A stretch of 64,000 nt of DNA from positions 1,789,324-1,853,323 of the forward strand of contig OZ316891.1 in assembly GCA_973895155.1 (NCBI GenBank). Reading direction: 5' to 3'. Below, in pieces: positions 1-11,842 of the stretch (its first letter is position 1; every line of letters begins with the position of its first letter). Made by a program: the position numbers and the translations under genes. Under the pieces are notes generated by a model that was not told the DNA's origin, searched no databases, and saw only the letters and a list, made by a program, of their open reading frames with translations. Source of the stretch: Marsupella aquatica. Taxonomy: Eukaryota; Plantae; Marchantiophyta.

Positions 1-1053
1 TAATAAAATGTCTTGCTTGCAAAAGAGAATGGTTTAATGGTTTTGTCACTCCATAGCTTCTTGGTGAAATAAAACTAAAATTTCAAAACCAATTGGGAGA
101 GCTGGCTCCTTGCTTCAAACTGGCACCTGAGCTCAATCCAGTATGGCGCCTACAATACACTTTTCAGTGTTCACACTTTGGTCAACTTTTTGTAAAGTAA
201 TGCATGTTCCATCTGCTTTTGACTGGCCATGACCTTCTAGTCTCATCATGACAACTTTAAATTTTGGCTTAGAGCTAGCTTTGTACAAAAGATATACAAA
301 TGTTGGCTGCCCCAATTTTCAGTCCCATTCACTAAGTTGGTGTAAAGTATAGCCATCGTAAGCAAAAACGCTGTGTTGTTACTCCATACAAAGGTAAGGC
401 TACGTAGTGTATGGAGAGAGGGATCCACAAGTTTTTCATATTGTACCGAAGAGCTTGAAAGTGAAACTAAAGTCCCGGATGGACCTCCACTTTGTCTATG
501 AAACCTATATGGACTGGCAAAGCTTGAATGGACTTGCTCAGAACATTTAAATTTGACTCAGATAACACTATTCAAATTTTTGATTGAAATGTAACTTGTA
601 AACTGCCTCCTTACCGTTTGCAGCTAGTTTAACTACATAACCAAACCGATGTCTTTGGTAACTTGACGACAAGATGACCTTGAATCTAAAAAATACCAAG
701 ATGTCATGCCATTATTCAGGATCACCATGACGTGTTGACTACTGTCTCCCCAAGGTAGTCAAAGTCGTAGACTGCGATCCACAACCGGTTCCTTTTTATT
801 TCAATATAAAAGCGACGATTGCTTTACGCAGTCCATGGGGATGGGCGAAGACAATGTCTCCATCCATCCGGGCTTTTGTTTCCTTGAAAGTTTGCTGTGA
901 AAAGCTCGTGAGGTACTAATATTCAATCTGCATATTGGTGTTGCAAACAGCAAGAGGAGCTGAGCATGAACCCATATAGTTATGAAGCTTGCCAATAAGC
1001 ACACGTCAAAATGTGATAATATATGACCTGGACTCATTGATTTATGAAGGTTG

Positions 1054-1397
1054 TGTTGAGCATAGACGACATTCGCAACGGCAAGCCCATGAACCATCCA
1101 ACGCACAATAGTCGACATAGAGAGATACGTGGTTCACCTCCACATGAGGCTACGTCCACGGGAACACACAAGAGCTTTACTGCACTCTAGGCCGACCGGC
1201 CATACCAAGCATCCACAGCACAAGCTCTCCCTATCTCTCAACTAGCTCCGTAACAATGAGCCTAAGTTCCACCAGGGTCTGGCATCAGCCCTGGCTATAT
1301 ACACAACAGCACTACCGCTAACATTAGCTAAGTCCTAACCCGAGTTAGACTAACTGTGGTTAGCTCATGAGTCACAAGACTAGAGCAATATCTAACA
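1054..1397 (-). repeat. 3' LTR of copia element A
   Basis: Reads TGTTGAGC...TCTAACA on +. The adjacent AACTCCCCCTT (1398-1408) is the polypurine tract on the minus strand. Confidence 0.95.
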
Positions 1398-1604
1398 AAC
1401 TCCCCCTTGACTCTTGTCTTGGGGACTGGACTAAATGCAACCATATGGAATCCTCAGCGGGAAGTTCTAGACAATCACCAAACCAGGTCTCCCCCTAAAA
1501 ACCACAAGGATTAACTAAGGGTTAACTAGAACTAAGCCGTAGCCTAACAGGAATGAGTAATCCATATACAAATAGTCACACATTGTTAAATAACTCTACT
1601 TGCA

Positions 1605-4600
1605 CTACAACTGCAAAACCTGCAAAGTAGCACGGTGTCTTGAAAAACTCTCCAAAGGAATCACTTTGGTAAAGGCATCAGCGGGATTGAGCTTTCCATC
1701 AATCTTGACTAGCTCAAAAGTTTTATCAGACACTGCTTGCCTGATAAAATGGTACCTGATATCAATGTACTTCACCCTGCTATCCATCACCTGGTTAGCA
1801 GCCAAGTGAAGAGCACTCTGACTATCACAGTTTAGAGTCATTTTGCCATGCTCTAAACCCATCTCCACGATCAACTTGTCCAACCAAATTGCTTCCTTTG
1901 CTGCTTCTGCTGCTACAACATACTCTGCTTCTGTAGTAGACTGAGATATGCACTTCTGCAAGGTAGATTTCCAACTGATACATCCTCCTCCAAGAGTGTA
2001 TACAAACCCAGTTGTAGACCTCCTTGTATCCAGACAGCCTCCATAGTCAGAATCTACATAGCCAACTAACGTTCTATCTGATGTGTTATCAAATAGTAAT
2101 CCATAGTCCTGTGTTCCCTTCACATACCTGAGAATTGACTTCACAGCTTCCCAGTGTACCTTCCCTGGATTTGACATGAATCTGCTAACCTTGCCCATCG
2201 CTAGGGCCAAGTCAGGCCTAGTACAAGTCATCAAATACATCAGACTGCCTACTGCCTTCTCATAAGGAATCTTAGCCATCAGACCTTTCTCCACAACATC
2301 CGTATGAGAGAAAGCCGATGATAACTTGAAATGTGAAGCTAAAGGAATATTCACTGGCTTACAATTCTCCATGTTGAATCGTGCAAGTACTTTCCTCGCA
2401 TACTGGCCTTGACTCAAGCACAACTGTCCAGTCTCAGAGTTCCTAAAAATCTCCATCCCTAAGATCTTCTTGGCCTTACCAAGATCCTTCATCCTGAATT
2501 CAGCACTCAATTTCGCCTTGAGACTATCAACCTTAGATTGATCTTTAGCCATAATCAGCATGTCATCCACATAGATCACCAGAATGATGAAACCAAATAC
2601 ATCATTCTTGACTGATTTCGTATACACACAAGGATCATACACCATCCTTGTAAAACCTTGAGCAAGCATGAAATCATCAAACCGCTTGTTCCATTGTCTG
2701 GGAGATTGCTTCAATCCATACAAGGACTTGAGCAATCTACAAACTAAGTTCTCTTGGCCCTTCTTCATAAAGCCTAGTGGCTGTGTCATGAAGATCATCT
2801 CTTCCAAGTTGCCATAGAGAAAAGCAGTAACAACATCCATCTGATCCATCACCAGACCAAAAAACACAACAAGCTGACACAAGATCCGAATTGTGGAATA
2901 CTTAGCCACCGGTGAAAAGACCTCATTGTAATCCACTCCTTTTTCCTGAGTGAATCCCTTGGCAACAAGCCTTGCTTTGTAGATCTTGTCTCCACCCTCT
3001 GAAGGACTATCCTTCAACTTGTAAATCCACTTGCTGTCCACCACTTACTGACCTCTTGGAAGCTCCACCAGCTCCCATGTCTTGTTGTCACTCAAAGATT
3101 GTAACTCCCTCTGCATTGCTGCATTCCACTCATGCTTCTGCTCTGAAGCACAAGCCTCACTATACGAAGAAGGCTTTCCTTCTTCCAAGATCAAAGCCAT
3201 ATCATCTTCATCAGGTGCAATGTCAATATCATCTAGCTTAGATGAGTCTGCCCATTGACCATACCTGGTAGGAGCTCTAGTAGAACGACTGGAAGTTCTT
3301 CTAGTATATGACTTAGGCTGATCTGTAGCTGCTGCTGGTTGAATTTGAGGTACCCCAGCAACAATCTGCTCCTCTTATTCCATCACAGGAACCAGCTCCA
3401 AGCCCGAAGCTTCTCCATCTTTCCTGTCATGAACATCATCATGACTAATCTCCCCCTCAACCCCGTCCGGGATGGGAGATTTCTCCTTGTCAGTATGGGA
3501 GTCCTGAGAACTCTCCCCCTCCTTTGATGATCTGGATTCATTAAAGGACACATCTCTACTGACAATTAGCTTATAGGTTACTGGATCCCATAACCTATAA
3601 CCCTTCACACCTTTCTGATAACCAAGGAAAATGCACTTCTTCAACTTGGACTCCAGCTTGGATCGAAGCTGGGGAGGTGTAAGCACATAAGCATCACATC
3701 CAAAAATCCTCAGATGTGAGTAATCTGCTGGACGCCCGTACCTCATTTCAAATGGCATTTTGAATCCAATAGAACTGGATGGAGAAAAATTTATCAAATA
3801 AGCTGTAGTGTTGACAGTTTCAGCCCAAAACTCATGTGGTAAGCATGATTGACTCAACATACTCCTCGAGCGGTCCAATAGTGTTCGGTTGAGTCTCTCA
3901 GAAACACCATTCTGCTGAGGAGTATAGCTTGTTGTGAGATGACGGGTAATCCCTTGCTCCTTACAATACGTTCCAAATTCACCGAAATTGTATTCACCGC
4001 CATTATCTGATCGAAGATATCTCACCTTATTACCAGTCTGATTCTCAACTTGGGCTTTCCACTCCTTAAAAGTGGCAAAAACATCAGACTTATTGTGTAG
4101 AAAGTATATCCACACATACCTTGAGTAATCGTCAATGAACGTGACATAGTATAACCGTCCAGAATGTGAGGGAGTAGGGGCTGGACCCCACACATCACTA
4201 TGTACATACTCAAGTACCTCCTTGCTGGTGTGAGTTCCAACTCCGAAAGGTTTTCTGTGCTGCTTCCCTAGCACACAGTGCTAACAAAATTCCAACTTAC
4301 AAGATTGCAAATTAGAAAGTTATCCTTTCTTCTGAAGAATAACCAAACCTTTTTCACTTATGTGGCCCAAACGGAAGTGCCACAGCCGGGCCGTCTCCTC
4401 ATGAGATAAGGTTACATTGGTTTCATCACAGATTACACTGCCCTCCAAAACGTATAGATTGCAATGTCTCTTTCCCTTCAATACAACTTTAGTACCAGTT
4501 GAAACCTGAAGGACACCATTAGCAGAACTCCACTGATGGCCATTTGCTTCTAAAACTCCAAGTGAAATGAGATTTTTCATCATGCTGGGAATATGTCTTA

Positions 4601-5683
4601 CATTCCTCAATGTTCTCACAGCACCATCAAACATCTGAAATCTACAGATCCAAGTCCAACAACTTGACATGGGATTCCATTTCCCATCAACATTGACCCG
4701 TTGGAAACCGTGTAAGAACTGAAACAATCTCTCCTAGAGCAAATGTGAAAAGTACATGCACTATCTAGAATCCAGTCATCACTACCTGGATTTGACACTA
4801 TGTTGAGAGCATAACCTTGACATCACAATATGTCATCATCATCGAGTAAATCTACCTCATGCGAGCTCGATGCCGCGTTAGCAGAGGCAGTAGGGACCTT
4901 TACTCGACAATCCCTTTTCATGTGGCCTGGCTTGCCACAATTCCAACATGCAAGAGGCTTCCTCTCTTGTGATTTCCCTCTGGATTTAGATCTCCCCCGT
5001 GATGTAGATCTAAACCTGTTCTGCCCATTTGTGCATTGCGTTGCTCTTCTCCTGTTCACATTGAGCGCAGTGCCAGAAGAAGATGTTGTCTGTGATTGAC
5101 CCAGCTTCTTCTGAGCATCATCAGACAGTAAAGAGCTCACCACCTCATTATACGAAATGGACTTCAGATCTCTGTACAAGAGCACCTGTTTCAAGCCCTG
5201 ACATGACGGCGGTAAGGAGCTTAGCAGAAGCAAGGCCTAATCCTCATCTTCAACTCCTTTTCCCAGGTTTGACAGATCCACCGCTAGACTATCAAATTCA
5301 TCTAGGTGATCCTGCATCTTGCTCCCTTCCTTGAGCCTGAGGCTCATCAAGAGAGACTTCTTGTACAGCCGGTCTGACGCATCTTCTCGATAGTACTTCT
5401 CTCTAAGAGCCTTGAACAGTGACACGCAATCCGCATAATCATCCAGTTGCTTGATGATGTGCTGCTTGAGATATAGCATCACTGCATTGACAGCAATCAC
5501 CTGCTCCTGTCTCCACTGTCTCACAGAAATCTCCTCCTCTCCATCATACTGCTCTCGCGAAGAGAGCAGATGAGCTAAGCCCATGGCCCGTAGAACACCC
5601 TTCACTTGCTTCTCCCATAGCAAGTAATCAGTACGACCATCGTACTTCTCCACCTCAAACTTCACTCCTCCAAATCTAGCCAT
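1605..5683 (-). pseudogene. Copia gag-pol polyprotein with stops and frameshifts
   Basis: gag MARFGGVKFEVEKYDG (ATG 5683); zinc knuckle CWNCGKPGHMKRDC; protease WILDSAC; GAG-pre-integrase LWHFRLGH; integrase VHSDVWGP/RSDNGGEY; RT YVDD; RNase H. Split over ORFs 5237-5887, 4823-5233, 4616-4798, 4320-4727, 3375-4274 and 1605-3044. Confidence 0.95.
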
Positions 5684-7566
5684 CTCCCTCTTCTTTCCCA
5701 CTATCGACAGCTCTGGTAGTAACACAGCTTCCTCCACTGCACGCCGCACCGGTGATCGTACCAGTGTCACTAGTTCTTCCTCAAACGGTAGCAGCTCCTC
5801 CTCAGACTCTCCGTCTGGCCATCGCGATCCTGAAGCTCCACCGATGCCAATTCTTGCAGTATCCTCCGAGTCACTCATATGAAACAATCATGAAAAAACG
5901 TTTTTTTTCGAAACTTCTCATAAAACTCAAAACTCAACACCGCCGTGTAGCCCACGAAGCTAGGAGTCCAATACTGAAAGCCGAAATCAAAAACGAAATT
6001 CGACGGAAAAGTTATTCAAATTTTGGTCGGGGTGGGTAAAACCTTGGGAAACTCCCCCGTTTTGACCACCTCGGAGAATAACCAAAATACCCAGTGCAAC
6101 CCGTCGTCGGAATCGCGACGTGATTGGTGAGCCGCGTTGCTAACTCCAGTGGCAACGTCCTCACCAAAAAAGAACCAAAAAAGAACCAAAAAAGGTACCG
6201 TTCGGCGGACGAAATCTTTGTCGGACCGCCGAAAAACAACTCTCTGTTTTTCGGGAATATTCCCGCACAGTTTTTTGGGAATATTCTCACAGGGGGCCGT
6301 TCCCCCTGTCCAAGCGGTTAAAATGGAGGGTGGCAGGCCCCGACATAAAGGGAAAAACAAAGGAGAACAAAAAATGGCTATTAAAAGCGCCCTAAAGGGG
6401 GTGCTTAAGCCCCTTACCAAAATACAAAGTATAAATAAAAGGGCGCATTCGCGTCGTATAGGCGACGCGAGGCGGGCCAGGGGGCGTACAGGGTATTGAG
6501 GCAGGGGCCGGGAGTACAAAAATACAGCCGACGGGGCAGGCAGCCAGTGCCGCGAAGTAGCGAGCACCCGCAAGGGCAGGGCGAGGTAGGAGTCGCGATG
6601 GCAGGCCGGCAGTCGCGAGGGCGTAGCGCGGGGCCGCAGCGGGGCGTACAACGCAGGGCACGCCAGCTACTTGTGAACGGGGGCGCAAGGTAGCGGGCAT
6701 AAGGCCGGGGCGCACGCCGGTCGACGTTGCGCAGCCAAACTCTGGCCCAAGTAAACGGGGAGTCGGGAGGGGGGAGCGAGAGCGGGAGGACACAGCCGAC
6801 AGGGGGGAGTAATCCGAGTATGCGAGGCCCAAATATGAGGTGTGTGTATACACCTCGTGTATACACGGAAATATGGCCCAAAAAACCCCCCTTTAAATCC
6901 AAAAGGAAATTACTCACTTGGATTGCCGCTGTTTGAAACGAGGAAAAAGAACGTCGCTGACGGGAAATGTTGTCACAGTTTGCAGCCTTAGCAGAGACTA
7001 AACTTTTCGTCACGTCACCTTCACTCCGCGTCAAGTGCCAATGCTGGGCTCAAAATGACCACCTTGCCGTGATCAAACCATTGAGCCGTAGCACTTCGTG
7101 TCTCTTCCACCGAGTCGGACATCACAAAGAGAAACCCGGTTCAGATGTGAACAAGCTCCATAGCTTGTGAAAAAACCTGAACGCCTCCTTCACTCGTCAC
7201 GACGTACTCGGTAACAACTCGGCAGCAATCCAGCTACCGAAACGACCAGCTCGCTTCAACCTTCAACTTAAGCTATAATGTGCGATCCCTCTCGCACCGC
7301 ACAGCTCACACCGTTGAAAAAAGTGAATTCTGGTCTCTCTCCCGAAATACCGTCGAACACGAATAAACCCTGAAGGACGCAAACTTCGATTCCTCCCCAC
7401 CACGGATACTGATCAGCGAGTTCTAACCACCGTTAGAAAGCCCTCTCACTAACCTATCCGCTCAGCAACACACATTCGAGTTTCATGCGACGAAACTCTG
7501 AATGTACCATCGACAATGAACGCTGGAAAAACCTGTCACGAAAAAACCTCGTCACCTCCCAGGCAT

Positions 7567-7578
7567 GCTCTGATACCA
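7567..7578 (-). promoter_or_regulatory. Primer-binding site (tRNA-iMet) of element A
   Basis: GCTCTGATACCA on + equals TGGTATCAGAGC on -, 2 bp from the 5' LTR. Confidence 0.93.
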
Positions 7579-7580
7579 CT

Positions 7581-7924
7581 TGTTGAGCATAGACGACATT
7601 CACAACGACAAGCCCATGAACCATCCAACGCACAATAGTCGACACAGAGAGATACATGGTTCACCTCCACATGAGGCTACGTCCACGGGAACACACAAGA
7701 GCTTTATTGCACTCTAGGCCGATCGGCCATACCAAGTATCCACAGCACAAGCTCTCCCTATCTCTCAACTAGCTCCGTAACAATGAGCCTAAGTTCCACC
7801 AGGGTCTGGCATCAGCCCTGGCTATATACACAACAGCACTACCGCTAACATTAGCTAAGTCCTAACCTGAGTTAGACTAACTGTGATTAGCTCATGAGTC
7901 ACAAGACTAGAACAATATCTAATA
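7581..7924 (-). repeat. 5' LTR of copia element A
   Basis: Colinear with 1054-1397; 11 substitutions counted by eye. Confidence 0.95.
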
Positions 7925-9383
7925 GGTTGGATATATACCATCTAATGAACAAAATGGTTTCTTTATTGGAACATGGGCTAGATGAAAGGTCACAATCTTT
8001 GTACCACAGCCAACGGCTAGTTGATTAGCAAATAAAAATAGAAGAAGCTCAATTCTCCTTAGTAATGCGGCTAAGGACAACCGACACCATTGGATCCTCA
8101 ATCGAAACCACAATTATAATCATATGGATGGTCCATGTAGTTCCACGTGCAGGAATATGCAGAAATAAAACCGTGACTATCGGTCAAAGTACCCTGCACG
8201 TAATTCAATGTTAAATCTTTAGGTTGTCGTGTCAGGGTCTTTATAAATTTGGCAAAAATCACAAGTATTCAAAACTATTCCAAAATATAATTAGACATCA
8301 ATAAAAGAAATAACAAAGAGAAATGAATAAACCATTTGATAAAGTTGATGCTCAAATATACCATGACTTTGAACTTGAGATTTCCATAGACCAAATATCA
8401 TTTGATCTTCAAAATCGTGACGATTATCCGGAAGAAAAGATGCTAACTGAGTATTCTATGTTAACTGTTATAATTTATCGAAATATCTTGACATACGTGA
8501 TGATCCATGAAAGCTTTAGTTTCCAATTTGATGCAAAAGCAGGATAATGCATTCAAAGCGCCCCCCAAAAACAGAGAGAAAATAACCATCGGTGCAATTC
8601 GCATTCAAAAATTGAGAGAAAGCGTTTTAGATTCAACAATTTTATGGGTAGAACTACAATTTCACTATTTCAGTATTATTATTAGCCCTTTCACAACATT
8701 TCGTGACGTTAAAGTACTCAACACTGGCCATGACATTGTTATGTCCGTGTCGGTACTGTACAGTAACATACGGGAATAAGGCCTCCACGGCTCCACTAGT
8801 TCGGCGGTACTGTACGGGTTCTTGGAGGGCAACCGCTAGACTAGGCTACGCTTTAGCAGGACCGTACCTCTTACTTTGGGCCCACAACTGCGGCTCTACT
8901 ACTTTAGCAGGACCTCTACTCTAGGTACTCTAGTTTAGGTCCTCTGCTCAAAGGCTGTCGAACGTGCTCTTCGTTGTTCTCTCCTTGTTTGGGATCTCTC
9001 GTTGGCGAAAAACACCATCGCACAAATTCCTGTATGTACTACTCTTCTATTGGATTCGCACATTGAAGCTCGCAAAATCGCAACTCTGCAAAGCCTACGA
9101 CGTGCATGCTGAACAGTCAGAGCTGCTGGGCTAGAAATTCCGTACCTGACCTGACCTCGTTGGCCTCAGCTGAGAAGATATTGTTGAAGCAACGGATCTC
9201 TGTCTGTCCTCGGAATTTGTCGCTCTCTGTCTGCGTCCATCCTCTCTGTACTTTACTGAGTGATGAATCACTGAGGGAGAGCAGTGTTTGCTTTTGCTCT
9301 GGCTCGTCTCTCTTTCTGCTGACTCTTGCTGGCGAATGGAAAGAAAGAGAGAGCTAATTGGCAGTGCTGCTGATGCAATCCAG

Positions 9384-9505
9384 TCAGTGGCTTCCTGTTT
9401 CCGTTTTCACATTGCTCAGGGTGTTTACAAGACTTCAGGGCTGCAATTCAGTGGCTTCCTGTTTCCGTTTTCACATGGCTCAGGGTGTTTACAAGACTTC
9501 AGGGC
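9384..9505. repeat. Tandem duplication, about 64-bp period, 2 copies
   Basis: TCAGTGGCTTCCTGTTTCCGTTTTCACAT(T/G)GCTCAGGGTGTTTACAAGACTTCAGGGC starts at 9384 and 9448. Confidence 0.85.
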
Positions 9506-11842
9506 ACTCGTGATTTTTTCCACCAGCGCAAACTGGAGGCCACTTTGTGTTCTAAAGATACTCCAGATCAAAATCTTGGAAATGTTTGGACCCTTTGAAT
9601 GAGGGGTTTAAAATTCGAGACAAAATAATCACCCTACATAAACATTTTCCTTGGGCCCATTCCTTGCCGCCATGTAGGATAGTAGATACTATATTCGAAT
9701 AGCCCTGAGTTATCGTCTCTCAGAGCCCAGCGAGCGAGGGGGTAGCATTGATTGAATGCTGCTTGCCGTGCATTCCATTCTTATGGCAGGCAGGAGGCAG
9801 GCATTCGTTCAAGACTGCGGCCCCTAGCCTCATTCCCGGGTCTGTCTAGTCCCTGAATAACAGCTATTCTAGCCCGGTAGCTTGCTCTCTTCTATGTTTG
9901 CAGCAATATGGGAACATCTCGGACGGTTTCACATTCCTTTGGATTCCCCTCACGGTCGTTCGTGCCCTGCACCTACTGGACTCGGCGGAGATCTCTACTT
10001 CCATCTCATCATCACCCCGGAAGCAATTTCTGGGAGAAAGCTGTTGCGGCAGAGAGCTGTTACGGCAGATAGCTGTTGCAGCTGCTCCCCGGCGTGTGAA
10101 CTGTGAGTTGTGAAGAGAGGAGATTCCAGCGGATGACCTTGTGGGACGACTGTACAGTAGTAGTGCTGCCACTAGCCAGTTTAGTTCAGCTCTGCGCTCT
10201 GCTCTGAAGTGAGCAGGAGGGAGGTGGGGCGTGGTGTGGGTCGTTTGTGTTCTACGTAAGACCATCATGCGGATGTTGGGTAGTTAGAGCTTTGTGAGGC
10301 TTGTCTGTCCTTGTTGGGTCCCTGATTTCGTGGGCCGAGAGAGAGAGTGTTCGGATATAGGTGGCAGGTGATGATGAAGAGAAGGACACCAGGGAAAGGG
10401 TGAGTCTGGGGAGAGCAGGACACGCATGGGAATGTCCTCGGTGATAAAAGTCTTGCCGTTACATTTAATTCTGCAGATCTTTTCTCTCCGCCTGTCCACA
10501 CTCGGAATTCCATTCCCCGTGCTGTAGTGCACAGCCCGCACCGTGGCACAGAGGATGAGCTGAGGAGCTGTGAGGTGCTGCGGAGTCGTTGAGGAGAGGT
10601 TGTGGTGGGAAGCTCCGTGGTGGGAATTCGTTCGGCGGGAGTGGCTAGAGCTGTGATCCTACATTGTGCACTGACTGCTTGCCTTCGTCGGAGAATTCTG
10701 CTCTGGCTCATCCTACTCGTGCTCAGCTCACTGAAATGTATATACCACTCTCTGTCGTTTAAATCTAGGATCATTCAAATTCTATGGCGGACTTCTCTGT
10801 GGGTACTTCCCTTGTATTGTCTCTCTGAGAGTTCTTCACATCCTCATATTGTTTCCGCTGCATCCTCCTGTATTCTAACATTCACTGGATTGACATTATG
10901 TACTATGTATCTGGAGTGTTAAGAAAGGTTTGGTCTGTACATGTCATTCCCGTGTAATTTCCTGAAAGAGAAGTACCAGTTGTCCCGTCCACAAGTATAT
11001 TTTTGGCGGTACTGAAACGCAAAGTTAGTAAGCGAAATACTGAAATAAATGCAATTTTCGCTCTCCAATTTAGCTACACCAGACTAGAATTCAAGTTGGG
11101 TAGATCATCCAACACTGGAAAGTAGTGCAGAACCTAGTGTTGCCTCTAAAAATTTCGTCAACGAAATTGGTGGTCTACCTATGTACAGCTTTGTGAGGCT
11201 GGGGATTGCCAAGCATGTGTAGTCTCATTTACAAGCTCGTCTCAGTTTGACTCCAATCGATTGCTCGTGGGGGAGCTTGGTCCATCCCTTAGCAGCTTGG
11301 TTCATGCCTTATGCGTTGAACTCACAACCCCCACCACTAAACCTTTTCTCCTACTCAGTCCCAATGTACTAGCGAGCCATAGGTGCTTCCTTCGTCACAT
11401 TTGTGGGTAAGTGCATTTCGGTGTCTAGTGCAGCGTTGTTGCTCTATCCTTTGCTTCCGTTCTCTTTCACCTGTCAGTTAGAGGCTGGTCGATGATGCCA
11501 ATATCGCTCTTGATAGATCAGCAGCAATGGATTGTAAGGATTGGCCGTATGGCTGCTGTTTATTGAGCCCTTCATTTCTGTTGCTTTATGTTGGTCCAGT
11601 GGAGCACGGAGGTAATGCGGCCAGATCGAATGGAAATTGAACTTGCCTGGGCTCTGGCTTAGAGCCTTCATAGTCGGCTCTTTCTATTATGGACATGAGC
11701 CTTTCGTGGAAGTTCTTTGTCCTGTCAGCACGGCAGGGAGCTGGTTTGCCATGAAAGCAGGTTGCGGGTTTTGAATTTTTCTCCAACTGAGGTGCCCTCC
11801 TTTTTGGGTTGCATTAGCCTGGCTGCATGCAAACAGGGCAGA

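Larger units (their letters stand above)
1054..7924 (-). mobile_element. Full-length Ty1/copia LTR retrotransposon (element A), decayed
   Basis: Two 344-bp LTRs (1054-1397, 7581-7924); 5-bp TSD GGTTG at 1049-1053 and 7925-7929; PBS and PPT in place; domain order gag-PR-IN-RT-RH on the minus strand. Confidence 0.97.

Noticed and set aside
1-1048. Short ORFs at the window start
   Set aside because: No recognisable homology; the 801-1118 ORF starts inside the LTR.
6012-7170. Overlapping 90-210 aa ORFs in the copia leader
   Set aside because: GC-rich stop-poor sequence on both strands, with no recognisable domain.
9759-9792. Short GU-containing hairpin as a miRNA precursor
   Set aside because: Stem is only about 11 bp, too short.
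9864-10922. Several ORFs upstream of the subtilase
   Set aside because: No domain recognised; more consistent with a long 5' leader, intron or promoter region.
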